Shown one piece after another: positions 24,276 to 32,413 of a stretch of 64,000 bases of DNA (positions within the stretch are counted from its first letter, which is position 1; every line of letters starts with the position of its first letter). The stretch spans positions 629-64,628 of the forward strand of contig NZ_JAHCKK010000015.1 in NCBI RefSeq assembly GCF_026125825.1, written 5' to 3'. Under the pieces are notes generated by a model, which saw only the letters and a list, made by a program, of their open reading frames with translations, was not told where the DNA came from and searched no databases. The translations under genes and the position numbers were made by a program. Source of the stretch: Hydrogenophaga sp. Its GTDB lineage: Bacteria; Pseudomonadota; Gammaproteobacteria; Burkholderiales; Burkholderiaceae_C.

Positions 24276-25750
24276 GCACTCCTATGCACGCCACAGCAGA
24301 ACTCTTGATCGATGGCCGGTGGATGCCCGCCAGCCAGGGCCTCGAAGTGCCCAGCCTGGACCCGGCCAACGGCAGCCAGATCGGTTGCTTCAGCGCTGCC
24401 ACCCGGGCAGACGCAGAGGCGGCCATTTCGGCTGCACGCAGAGCCTTTGAAAAGCCCACGTGGGCCCAGTCGCCGCGGCTGCGGCAGAACGTGATGAACG
24501 AATGGGCAAGCCGGCTAGAGCACAAGGCTGAAGCACTGGCCCAACTGCTAACGCAAGAGAATGGCAAGGTGATCGCGCAATCGCGGGGTGAGCTGATGGG
24601 AGCCATCTCGGAGATCCGTTACTACGCGGGTCTGGCCCGGCACATACCAGGCCACGTGCTCGAGGTGGAACCCGGCGTATTTTCCACGATGCTGAAAGAG
24701 CCGGCCGGCGTCGCCGGCATCATCGTCCCTTGGAACGCTCCCGTGATCCTGCTTATCCGGTCGATCACCCCCGCGTTGGCCGCTGGCTGTACTTGCGTGG
24801 TCAAGCCTGCACCGCAGTCCGCACTCATCACCGCTGCGGTGATCAGGGAACTGGCCGACGTGACTGGACTGCCGCCCGGTGTGGTGAACCTGGTGAGTGA
24901 GCAAGGCCACGACGTGGCGCAGTTGCTCACCTCCTCGCCAGAGGTGGATGTGGTCAGCTTCACGGGCTCCAACCTGACGGGGCAGCGCATCATGGCCGCC
25001 GCTGCTCCCACTATGAAGAAACTGTCGCTCGAACTGGGTGGCAAGTCATGCTGCCTGGTTTTTGAAGATGCCGATATCGACCACATCGCGCCTCAACTGG
25101 CTGCCGCTGCGACGGTCATCTCTGGTCAGCAATGCACGGCGGCGCGCCGGGTGTTGGTTCACGCGTCACGCTATGAGGCGATGAAAAAAGCGCTGGCCAA
25201 TGCACTGGCGGCAATCAAAGTGGCGCCCGGAAATACCCCGGGCGCCCAGATGGGTCCCTTGATCGATCTCTCTACCACTGAGTTGGTGCAACGTCGCATC
25301 GAGCAGGCGATGGACGACGCAGACGAAGTGATCCTGCGCGGTCAGCGTATCGGCGGAAACCTGCGGCTTGGCGGGTTTGTCTCGCCCACCTTGGTCGCGC
25401 ACCGGGATGCCAGTGCATCTTTTGTCCAAGAGGAGATTTTCGGCCCCTTGGTCGTGCTGGAAAAGTTTGAAACCGAAACCGAAGCGGTGGCGCGGGCCAA
25501 TCACACCGAGTTCGGGTTGTCCGCGAGTGTCTGGACCGAGCAGGGCGCGCGCGCCTGGCGTATCGCTCGAGCGCTGCGCAACGGCACCGTTTGGATCAAC
25601 GACCACAACAAGCTGTGCGCTGAAGCGGAGACCGGCGGCTATCGCCGCAGTGGCTTGGGCCGTCTCCACGGCTTTGACGCGTTGATCGATTTCACCGAGA
25701 TCAAACACATCTATCAGAACGTAGGTGTGCTTGATCCACCCAAGGGCTGA
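24272..25750 (+). CDS. NAD(P)-dependent aldehyde dehydrogenase (second copy; vanillin/benzaldehyde-DH-like context)
   Basis: Has ELGGKSC and the catalytic-Cys region ISGQQCTAARR. Starts at TTG 24272 (TTGA overlap with the SDR) or ATG 24284. Confidence 0.88.
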   Translation: MSTPMHATAELLIDGRWMPASQGLEVPSLDPANGSQIGCFSAATRADAEAAISAARRAFEKPTWAQSPRLRQNVMNEWASRLEHKAEALAQLLTQENGKVIAQSRGELMGAISEIRYYAGLARHIPGHVLEVEPGVFSTMLKEPAGVAGIIVPWNAPVILLIRSITPALAAGCTCVVKPAPQSALITAAVIRELADVTGLPPGVVNLVSEQGHDVAQLLTSSPEVDVVSFTGSNLTGQRIMAAAAPTMKKLSLELGGKSCCLVFEDADIDHIAPQLAAAATVISGQQCTAARRVLVHASRYEAMKKALANALAAIKVAPGNTPGAQMGPLIDLSTTELVQRRIEQAMDDADEVILRGQRIGGNLRLGGFVSPTLVAHRDASASFVQEEIFGPLVVLEKFETETEAVARANHTEFGLSASVWTEQGARAWRIARALRNGTVWINDHNKLCAEAETGGYRRSGLGRLHGFDALIDFTEIKHIYQNVGVLDPPKG

Positions 25751-25798
25751 CTCCACAAGCCTGCCCGAATCCTTAGTACTTATAGGAGAGAACGAATC

Positions 25799-26833
25799 AT
25801 GTTTCCCAAAAACACGTGGTATGTAGGCGCTACGCCCAGCGAACTCGATGGAAAGCCCCTTGGCCGCAAGATTTGCGGCGAGTCCATCGTGTTTTTCCGT
25901 GGCCCCGACAACAAGGTGGCCGCTGTCGAAGACTTTTGCCCCCACCGCGGTGCTCCGTTGTCGCTGGGCAAGGTTGAAAACGGCAAACTGGTTTGTGGCT
26001 ACCACGGTCTGGAAATGGGTTGCGATGGCAAGACGGTTGCCATGCCATGCCAACGCGTGGGCGGCTTCCCCGCCGTGCGGACGTATCCCGTAGTGGAGCG
26101 CTACGGGTTCATCTGGGTCTGGCCTGGCGATGCGCAAGAGGCCGACCCCTCCAAGATCCACCATCTGGCCTGGGCCGATGACCCCGAGTGGGCCTACAGC
26201 GGTGGGCTGTACCACGTCAAATGCGATTACCGGCTCATGATCGACAACCTCATGGACCTGACTCACGAGACTTACTTGCACCCGAACTCAATTGGTCAAA
26301 AGGAAATCGATGAGTCGCCGCCCAAGACGCGGATGGATGGAGACTGCGCCATCACCGAGCGTTACATGGAGGGCATCATGGCGCCGCCATTCTGGCGTGC
26401 GGGCTTGCGCGGAAACAACCTGGCCGACGATGTTCCAGTGGACCGGTGGCAAATCTGCCGCTTCTATCCGCCAAGCCATGTGCTGATCGATGTGGGTGTG
26501 GCGCACGCGGGCAAGGGCGGCTTCAATGCAGACCCCAAGGTCAAAGCCTCCAGCACAGTCATCGACTTCATCACACCTGAAACCGAGTCCTCGACCTGGT
26601 ACTTTTGGGGCATGGCCAGGAACTTCAATGCGCAGGACCAGGCGTTGAGCGAGCAGATCCGCACCAGCCTGAGCAAAGTTTTCTCCGAGGACCTCCAGAT
26701 GCTGGAGATGCAGCAGCAGAACCTGGAGCGCAACGCCGGGCGCAAGCTACTGAGCCTGAACATCGATGGCGGTGGCGTGCAAGCCCGCCGCATCATCGAT
26801 CGGTTGCTGGTTGCGGAAAAATCCGCTGCCTGA
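25799..26833 (+). CDS. vanA: vanillate O-demethylase oxygenase subunit (class IA Rieske monooxygenase)
   Basis: 344 aa. Has MFPKNTWYV, Rieske CPHRGAPL...CGYHGL, iron site DNLMDLTHETYLH and DRWQICRF. Very close to VanA as I remember it. Confidence 0.88.
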   Translation: MFPKNTWYVGATPSELDGKPLGRKICGESIVFFRGPDNKVAAVEDFCPHRGAPLSLGKVENGKLVCGYHGLEMGCDGKTVAMPCQRVGGFPAVRTYPVVERYGFIWVWPGDAQEADPSKIHHLAWADDPEWAYSGGLYHVKCDYRLMIDNLMDLTHETYLHPNSIGQKEIDESPPKTRMDGDCAITERYMEGIMAPPFWRAGLRGNNLADDVPVDRWQICRFYPPSHVLIDVGVAHAGKGGFNADPKVKASSTVIDFITPETESSTWYFWGMARNFNAQDQALSEQIRTSLSKVFSEDLQMLEMQQQNLERNAGRKLLSLNIDGGGVQARRIIDRLLVAEKSAA

Positions 26834-26867
26834 TGTTTTCCCGATCCCACCACAACAGGAGACACAG

Positions 26868-28055
26868 ATGAACTCACGGCGCTTTGTTTTGACACGAGGA
26901 GCCGCGCTGATCGGCGCGGCCTCCAGCGGAATTTTGTTGCCCCGGTGGGCGCAGGCGCAAACCAGCAATCTGCGGGTTGGCCTGATGCTGCCGTTCACAG
27001 GTACCTTTGCCCAGCCCGGTATCGCCGTCGAAAACGGCTTCCGGCTGGCGCTGGCGCAAAACGGCGGCAAGCTCGGTGGCCGCGAGGTGGAGTTCTTCAA
27101 GGTCGATGACGAATCCAATCCGGCCAAGGGCATCGAGAACGCGACCCGCCTGGTAATGCGTGACAAGGTCGACGTGCTGGTGGGTTCGGTGCACTCGGGC
27201 GTGCAGATGGGCATTCACAAGGTCGCACGCGATACAGGAGTTCTCAACATCATTCCCAATGCCGGCGTGCACGTGGCCACCCGGGCCCAGTGTGCGCCCA
27301 ATGTGTTTCGAACCAGCTTCACCAACGCCCAGCCTACCCTGGCTTTGGGCAAGGCCATGGTCGACCGAGGCCACAAGAAGGCGGTGTGGATCACCTGGAA
27401 CTACGCCGCAGGCGACGAGGCCTTTGAGGGTTTCGAAAAGAGCTACACCGAAGCCGGTGGCACCATCATCAAGAAGCTCGGCCTGCCCTTTCCCAACGTG
27501 GAGTTTCAGTCGCTGTTGACCGAGATTGCGTCTTACAAGCCCGACGCCGTGGCTTGCTTCTTCGCCGGTGGCGGTGCAGCCAAGTTCCTGCGCGACTACG
27601 CTGCGGCCGGCCTGAACAAGACGATCCCACTGTACGGCTCGGGCTTCCTGACCGAGGGCGTGCTCGATGCAGCAGGCGAAGCTGCCGAGGGCGTTCTCAC
27701 CACGCTGCACTACAGCGACTCGCTGGATATCCCGCGCAACAAGCAGTTCCGCCTCGACTATGTAAAGGCGTTCAAGGCGCAGCCCGATGTGTATGCCGTT
27801 CAGGGATACGACGCGGGCTTGCTGCTCGTCAAGGGTGCCAACGCAGTCAAAGGCGACTTGTCGAACAAACCGGCACTGTACGCAGCGCTGGAAGGCGCCA
27901 CCATCGACAGTCCGCGCGGGAAATGGACCATGAGCAAGGCCCACAACCCGATCCAGGACATCTACCTGCGCCAGGTGGTCAACAAGGACAACAAGGTGAT
28001 CGGCATTGCTCAGAAGGCTGTGGCCGATCCCGCCACGGGTTGCCGCATGGGTTGA
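26868..28055 (+). CDS. ABC transporter substrate-binding protein, LivK/branched-chain-amino-acid family (cluster often used for aromatic acids)
   Basis: 395 aa from ATG 26868. Twin-Arg-like leader SRRFVLTRGAA, then LRVGLMLPFTG typical of the family. Confidence 0.85.
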   Translation: MNSRRFVLTRGAALIGAASSGILLPRWAQAQTSNLRVGLMLPFTGTFAQPGIAVENGFRLALAQNGGKLGGREVEFFKVDDESNPAKGIENATRLVMRDKVDVLVGSVHSGVQMGIHKVARDTGVLNIIPNAGVHVATRAQCAPNVFRTSFTNAQPTLALGKAMVDRGHKKAVWITWNYAAGDEAFEGFEKSYTEAGGTIIKKLGLPFPNVEFQSLLTEIASYKPDAVACFFAGGGAAKFLRDYAAAGLNKTIPLYGSGFLTEGVLDAAGEAAEGVLTTLHYSDSLDIPRNKQFRLDYVKAFKAQPDVYAVQGYDAGLLLVKGANAVKGDLSNKPALYAALEGATIDSPRGKWTMSKAHNPIQDIYLRQVVNKDNKVIGIAQKAVADPATGCRMG

Positions 28056-28080
28056 GTCTTTCGCGCCCCGGTTGTCCTCC

Positions 28081-28121
28081 AGCGGCGGAGTTCGTCCAAA
28101 AGATGTTCCGCCGCTTTTCTT
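28081..28121 (+). terminator. hairpin + T-run between the SBP and permease genes (intra-operon attenuator/terminator)
   Basis: Perfect 9-bp stem AGCGGCGGA / TCCGCCGCT with a 17-nt loop, followed by TTTCTT. Confidence 0.55.
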
Positions 28122-28142
28122 CGTCCTTTTGTTCCTTAACTC

Positions 28143-29006
28143 ATGGATTTCGCCAACTTCCTCATCCAGTTGCTCAACAGCCTGCAGTACGGCCTGTTGC
28201 TGTTCATGCTGGCCGCGGGCCTCACGCTGATCTTCGGGATCATGGGTGTGGTCAACCTGGCGCACGGCAGCTTCTACATGCTGGGCGCTTACCTGGCCTG
28301 GTTTCTGGTGGGCCAGTTCGACAGTCTGGTGCTCGCCATCGTGGTGGGCACGGTGATCGCCGTGGCGCTGGGCTGGGTGCTGGAGTGGACCCTGTTCCGG
28401 CACTTCTACCACCGCGACCACCTCGACCAGGTGCTGCTGACCTTCGGTCTGATCTACATCTTTGAAGAGGTGCGCTCCATCCTCTGGGGCGACGACGTGC
28501 ACGCGGTGCAGGTGCCCGAGGTGCTGAACTGGTCGATCCCGCTGACCGAGAACCTCTCCTACCCGGTCTACCGGCTGGTAATGTCGGGCGTGTGCATCGC
28601 GCTGGCGCTCGGTCTGTACCTGCTCATTTCCAAGACCCGCCTGGGCATGAAGATCCGCGCCGGTGCGTTCAACCGCGAGATGACCGAATCGCTGGGCATC
28701 AACATCCGCCTGATCCACGGCGTGGTGTTCGCGCTGGGCGTGGCGCTGGCCGCCATCGCCGGCATGATCGCCTCGCCCATCGCGAGCGTTTACCCCGGCA
28801 TGGGCAGTTCGGTGCTGATCATGTGTTTTGTGGTGGTGGTCATCGGTGGCATCGGCTCAGTGCGTGGCGCGCTCGTGGCCGCCCTGCTCGTGGGCCTGGT
28901 CGATACCTTCGGCAAGGTGCTGGTGCCGCAGATTGCCGGCATGGCCGTCTACATGCTCATGGCCGCCGTGCTGCTCTACAAGCCCGAAGGGCTCTTCAAA
29001 CAATGA
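28143..29006 (+). CDS. branched-chain-type ABC transporter permease (LivH-like)
   Basis: 287 aa, multi-pass hydrophobic. Has the typical GIMGVVNLAHGSFYMLGAY motif. Confidence 0.9.
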   Translation: MDFANFLIQLLNSLQYGLLLFMLAAGLTLIFGIMGVVNLAHGSFYMLGAYLAWFLVGQFDSLVLAIVVGTVIAVALGWVLEWTLFRHFYHRDHLDQVLLTFGLIYIFEEVRSILWGDDVHAVQVPEVLNWSIPLTENLSYPVYRLVMSGVCIALALGLYLLISKTRLGMKIRAGAFNREMTESLGINIRLIHGVVFALGVALAAIAGMIASPIASVYPGMGSSVLIMCFVVVVIGGIGSVRGALVAALLVGLVDTFGKVLVPQIAGMAVYMLMAAVLLYKPEGLFKQ

Positions 29007-29995
29007 GCTCCCCCAAAGCCCAACTCGAAAAGCTGCCGCGCAGCATCCAGGCCATCCTGGTGCTGGGAGCCATCGCGCTCGCCGCGTTTCCACTCATCCC
29101 CGTCACCGGTAGCGACTTCTACCTGCAGATGCTCTCGCAGATGATGATCCTGGCGATCTTCGCCATGAGCCTGGATCTGCTGCAGGGCGTTACCGGTCTT
29201 GTGTCGCTCGGACACGCGGCTTACTTTGGTCTTGCCGGCTACGCGCTGGCTTTCCTCACCCCGGCGGACACTCCCATCAGCCTGTGGTGGTCCCTGCCCG
29301 CCTCGGCGCTGGGCGCGGGACTGGCCGCGCTCGTCATCGGCTTCTTCTTGGTTCGCACCCACGGTATTTACTTCATCATGGTCACCATGGCGTTCGCCCA
29401 AATGGTGTTCTTCCTGTTCTTCGACAACAAGGCGCTCGGGGGGTCGGACGGCGTGTACGTGAACTTCCGCCCCACCGCCTCGGTGTTCGGCTGGAGCGGC
29501 ATCGACCTCGAGAACAAGACAACCTTCTTCTACTTCACGCTCCTGCTGCTCGTGCTGGTCTATGCCTTCCTGCGCCGCCTGTTGTTCTCTCCTTTTGGCC
29601 GGGTGCTCGCGGGCATTCGCGTGAACGAGCACCGCATGCGCGCGGTGGGCTTTGGGACCTTCGGCTACAAACTCACGGCCTTCACGCTAGCAGGGGCGCT
29701 GGCCGGCGTGGCGGGCTTCCTGTGGGCCGCGCAGACCGGGTATGTGAACCCCGAGTTGATGGGTTTCCACATGAGTGCACACGCCATCATGATGGTCATC
29801 CTCGGGGGCATGGGCAATTTCGCTGGCGCCATCGTGGGGGCCTTCGCGTTCGAGTACGTGATGCACTTCTTCAAGGACCTCACCAAACACTGGCAGCTGC
29901 TCATGGGCACGTTCATCGTGCTGGTGGTGGTGCTGGCGCCGCGCGGCTTGCTGGGTCTGGTGCAGCGCTTCGCCAGCCCGAAGGAGCGCCCATGA
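29003..29995 (+). CDS. branched-chain-type ABC transporter permease (LivM-like)
   Basis: ATG 29003 overlaps the preceding stop (ATGA). Hydrophobic, with GLVSLGHAAYFGLAGY. Confidence 0.9.
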   Translation: MSSPKAQLEKLPRSIQAILVLGAIALAAFPLIPVTGSDFYLQMLSQMMILAIFAMSLDLLQGVTGLVSLGHAAYFGLAGYALAFLTPADTPISLWWSLPASALGAGLAALVIGFFLVRTHGIYFIMVTMAFAQMVFFLFFDNKALGGSDGVYVNFRPTASVFGWSGIDLENKTTFFYFTLLLLVLVYAFLRRLLFSPFGRVLAGIRVNEHRMRAVGFGTFGYKLTAFTLAGALAGVAGFLWAAQTGYVNPELMGFHMSAHAIMMVILGGMGNFAGAIVGAFAFEYVMHFFKDLTKHWQLLMGTFIVLVVVLAPRGLLGLVQRFASPKERP

Positions 29996-30753
29996 ACGAA
30001 CTGCTGCTCTCCGCCCGCAACCTGACCAAGCGCTTCGGGGGTCTGGCCGCCGTCAATGATGTGTCGGTGGACCTGCACCGTGAACGCATCCACGCGGTGA
30101 TCGGCCCCAACGGCGCGGGCAAGTCCACCCTGACCAACCTGCTCTCGGGCGACCTGCCGCCCACCTCGGGCCGCATCACGCTCAACGGCGTCGAGACCGC
30201 CGGCAAGACCCCCGAGAAAATCTCTCGCCTGGGACTGGGCCGCAGCTACCAGAAGACCAACATCTTCCTGCCCTTCACCGTGTGGGACAACGTGCGACTG
30301 GCGGCCCAATCGCGCGAACGGCATGTGCCGTGGAACCCGCTGCGCTGGGTGTCCTCGGCCAGCGCCATGGGTGCCGTGAACCAGCGCTGCGAACGTGCGC
30401 TGGAACTCGCCGGCCTCACAGAGCGCGCCGACGTGGTGGCCGGCACCACCAGCCACGGCGAACAGCGCCAACTGGAGATCGCCATGACCCTGGCCACCGA
30501 ACCCACCGTGCTGTTGCTCGACGAACCGCTGGCCGGCATGGGCCAAGCCGAGGCCGAGAGCATGGTGGCGCTGCTGCTGCGGTTGAAAAAGGACCACGCC
30601 ATCATGCTGGTGGAGCACGACATGGACGCCGTGTTCACCCTGGCCGACCAGCTCACCGTGATGGTGAACGGCCAGGTGATCGCCAGCGGCACGCCGGCTC
30701 AGGTGCGCGGTGATGCGTCGGTGCAAGCGGCTTACCTGGGTGAGGAACACTGA
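29992..30753 (+). CDS. ABC transporter ATP-binding protein (LivG-like)
   Basis: ATGA overlap. Walker A GPNGAGKST, signature SHGEQRQLE, Walker B LLLDEP. Confidence 0.9.
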   Translation: MNELLLSARNLTKRFGGLAAVNDVSVDLHRERIHAVIGPNGAGKSTLTNLLSGDLPPTSGRITLNGVETAGKTPEKISRLGLGRSYQKTNIFLPFTVWDNVRLAAQSRERHVPWNPLRWVSSASAMGAVNQRCERALELAGLTERADVVAGTTSHGEQRQLEIAMTLATEPTVLLLDEPLAGMGQAEAESMVALLLRLKKDHAIMLVEHDMDAVFTLADQLTVMVNGQVIASGTPAQVRGDASVQAAYLGEEH

Positions 30754-31475
30754 TGAGCGCTTTGACGAACGCATTGGTTGAGGCCACCGGCCTGCACACC
30801 CACTACGGCGCCAGCCACATCCTGCGCGGCATTCACTTCACCGTGGGCCAGGGCCAGACGATCGGCCTCATGGGGCGCAACGGCATGGGCAAGTCCACGC
30901 TGCTCAAATCCATCATGGGCATCGTCAAGCCCAGTGGCGGCCAGGTGCATGTGAAAGGCCGCGACATGACCGGCGCACCCACGTTCGAGATCGCCCGCAT
31001 GGGCCTGGCCTACGTGCCCGAGGGCCGTGGCATCTTCGGCAACCTGAGCGTGAGGGAAAACCTGGTGATGTCGGCGCGTGCCGGCACCAAGGGTCAACGC
31101 GACTGGACCTATGACAGGGTGCTCGAAACCTTTCCGCGCCTGGCCGAACGCCTCAACCACGGCGGGCAACAACTCAGCGGCGGCGAGCAGCAGATGCTCA
31201 CCATCGGCCGTGCGCTCATGACCAACCCCGACCTGCTGATCCTCGACGAAGCCACCGAAGGCCTTGCGCCGCTGATCGCGCGCGAGATCTGGCGCATTTG
31301 CGGCCTGATCCGCGAGAGCGGCATCAGCAGCATCATCGTGGACAAGAACTGGAAACACGTCACCCAGATCACCGACCGCAACGTGATCCTGGTCAAGGGC
31401 GAGGTGGTTTTTGAAGGCAGTTCCGAAGAGCTCCTGTCGAAGCCCGAACTGCTGGAGCAGCACTTGGGTGTATGA
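30753..31475 (+). CDS. ABC transporter ATP-binding protein (LivF-like)
   Basis: TGATG overlap. Walker A GRNGMGKST, signature LSGGEQQML, Walker B LILDEA. Confidence 0.9.
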   Translation: MSALTNALVEATGLHTHYGASHILRGIHFTVGQGQTIGLMGRNGMGKSTLLKSIMGIVKPSGGQVHVKGRDMTGAPTFEIARMGLAYVPEGRGIFGNLSVRENLVMSARAGTKGQRDWTYDRVLETFPRLAERLNHGGQQLSGGEQQMLTIGRALMTNPDLLILDEATEGLAPLIAREIWRICGLIRESGISSIIVDKNWKHVTQITDRNVILVKGEVVFEGSSEELLSKPELLEQHLGV

Positions 31476-31511
31476 GAATCAGTGTCGCCCCGGCCGGCCC
31501 CTTGAAGCTAG

Positions 31512-32273
31512 CTAGCGCTGCCCAAGTGCTTGCGAGAGTTTCCGTGCTTCTTCCTTGAGGAGCGTAACAAATACGCTGACACGCGCTTGGTCCACGCGCA
31601 CACCAGGACCGAAAACGGCCAAAGATCCCATGACTTTGTCGTTCCCCAGAAAAAACGGCACAGCAACCGCCACCGCGCCCTGGATCAATTCGTCCCGGCT
31701 TATCGCATACCCCTGTTCCCGGATCTGCTGCAGCCTGTCGAGATAGGCCGATACATTGACGGCTTCTCCGCTCTTGTTCAGATAGCTTTCGGGTGTGGGA
31801 ACATGGGCAAGGATGGCACGCCCGCTAGCGCCCAACGTCACGTCTTCCCGATAGCCCAAGCCGCGTTTGAAACTGAGCGGCTGTGCGCTGGGCAATTCGG
31901 CCACACAGATTCGACTGTTGCCCTGGTGAACAAGCAAGGCAACAGTCTCGCCCGTCTGGTCCCACAAGCGGCGCAGCATCGGTTGCGCCAGGGTCGCTAT
32001 GTCAAGACTGGAGCTCCACACGTGTGCAAGGTGCGCCACCGAGGGACCTAATTCGAAGCGCTGAGGATCACCGGACGACACGATGAACCCGCTGTGTTCC
32101 AGCGTGCGCAACAGCCTGTACAGGGTTGGACGGCTCAGGTCCACCCGCTTGAGCAGCTCACCCGCTGTCAGTTGGTGGTCGGTTGCCGTGAACGCCATGA
32201 GGATTTCCAGCGCTCTGTCCACGGCCCGGACACTCTCGCCCGGTTTTTCAGTTGGTCCCATAACTCCACCCAA
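31512..32273 (-). CDS. IclR-family transcriptional regulator (IphR-like position)
   Basis: 253 aa. Has VDRALEILMAF, an HTH (LTAGELLKRVDLSRPTLYRLLRTLEHSGF) and an IclR C-terminal domain. Divergent from the Rieske oxygenase operon. Confidence 0.9.
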   Translation of the reverse strand: MGGVMGPTEKPGESVRAVDRALEILMAFTATDHQLTAGELLKRVDLSRPTLYRLLRTLEHSGFIVSSGDPQRFELGPSVAHLAHVWSSSLDIATLAQPMLRRLWDQTGETVALLVHQGNSRICVAELPSAQPLSFKRGLGYREDVTLGASGRAILAHVPTPESYLNKSGEAVNVSAYLDRLQQIREQGYAISRDELIQGAVAVAVPFFLGNDKVMGSLAVFGPGVRVDQARVSVFVTLLKEEARKLSQALGQR

Positions 32274-32303
32274 GGTTGCACTTCTATCATGGTACCCGCC
32301 AAC

Positions 32304-32322
32304 CAGTCCACTTGATGGACTG
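32304..32322. promoter_or_regulatory. perfect palindrome CAGTCCA-N5-TGGACTG (candidate IclR operator)
   Basis: 7-bp perfect inverted repeat in the divergent intergenic region. Related GTCC-N7-GGAC lies at 32352-32366. Confidence 0.45.
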
Positions 32323-32334
32323 ACTATTCAAAAC

Positions 32335-32362
32335 TTGACAGAGCTCAATCGGTCCGTAAAAT
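32335..32362 (+). promoter_or_regulatory. candidate sigma70 promoter of the Rieske-oxygenase operon
   Basis: TTGACA (32335-32340), a 16-nt spacer, then TAAAAT (32357-32362). The -10 box is embedded in the GTCC-N7-GGAC repeat. Confidence 0.5.
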
Positions 32363-32413
32363 GGACTGTAATGTCATGCAGTGGACATGCCGATCAATTT
32401 TGGAGACCTGTCT

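Noticed and set aside
26874-28718. 614-aa minus-strand ORF
   Set aside because: It is antisense to the ABC-transporter SBP and permease genes and has no motifs. It is a high-GC artefact.
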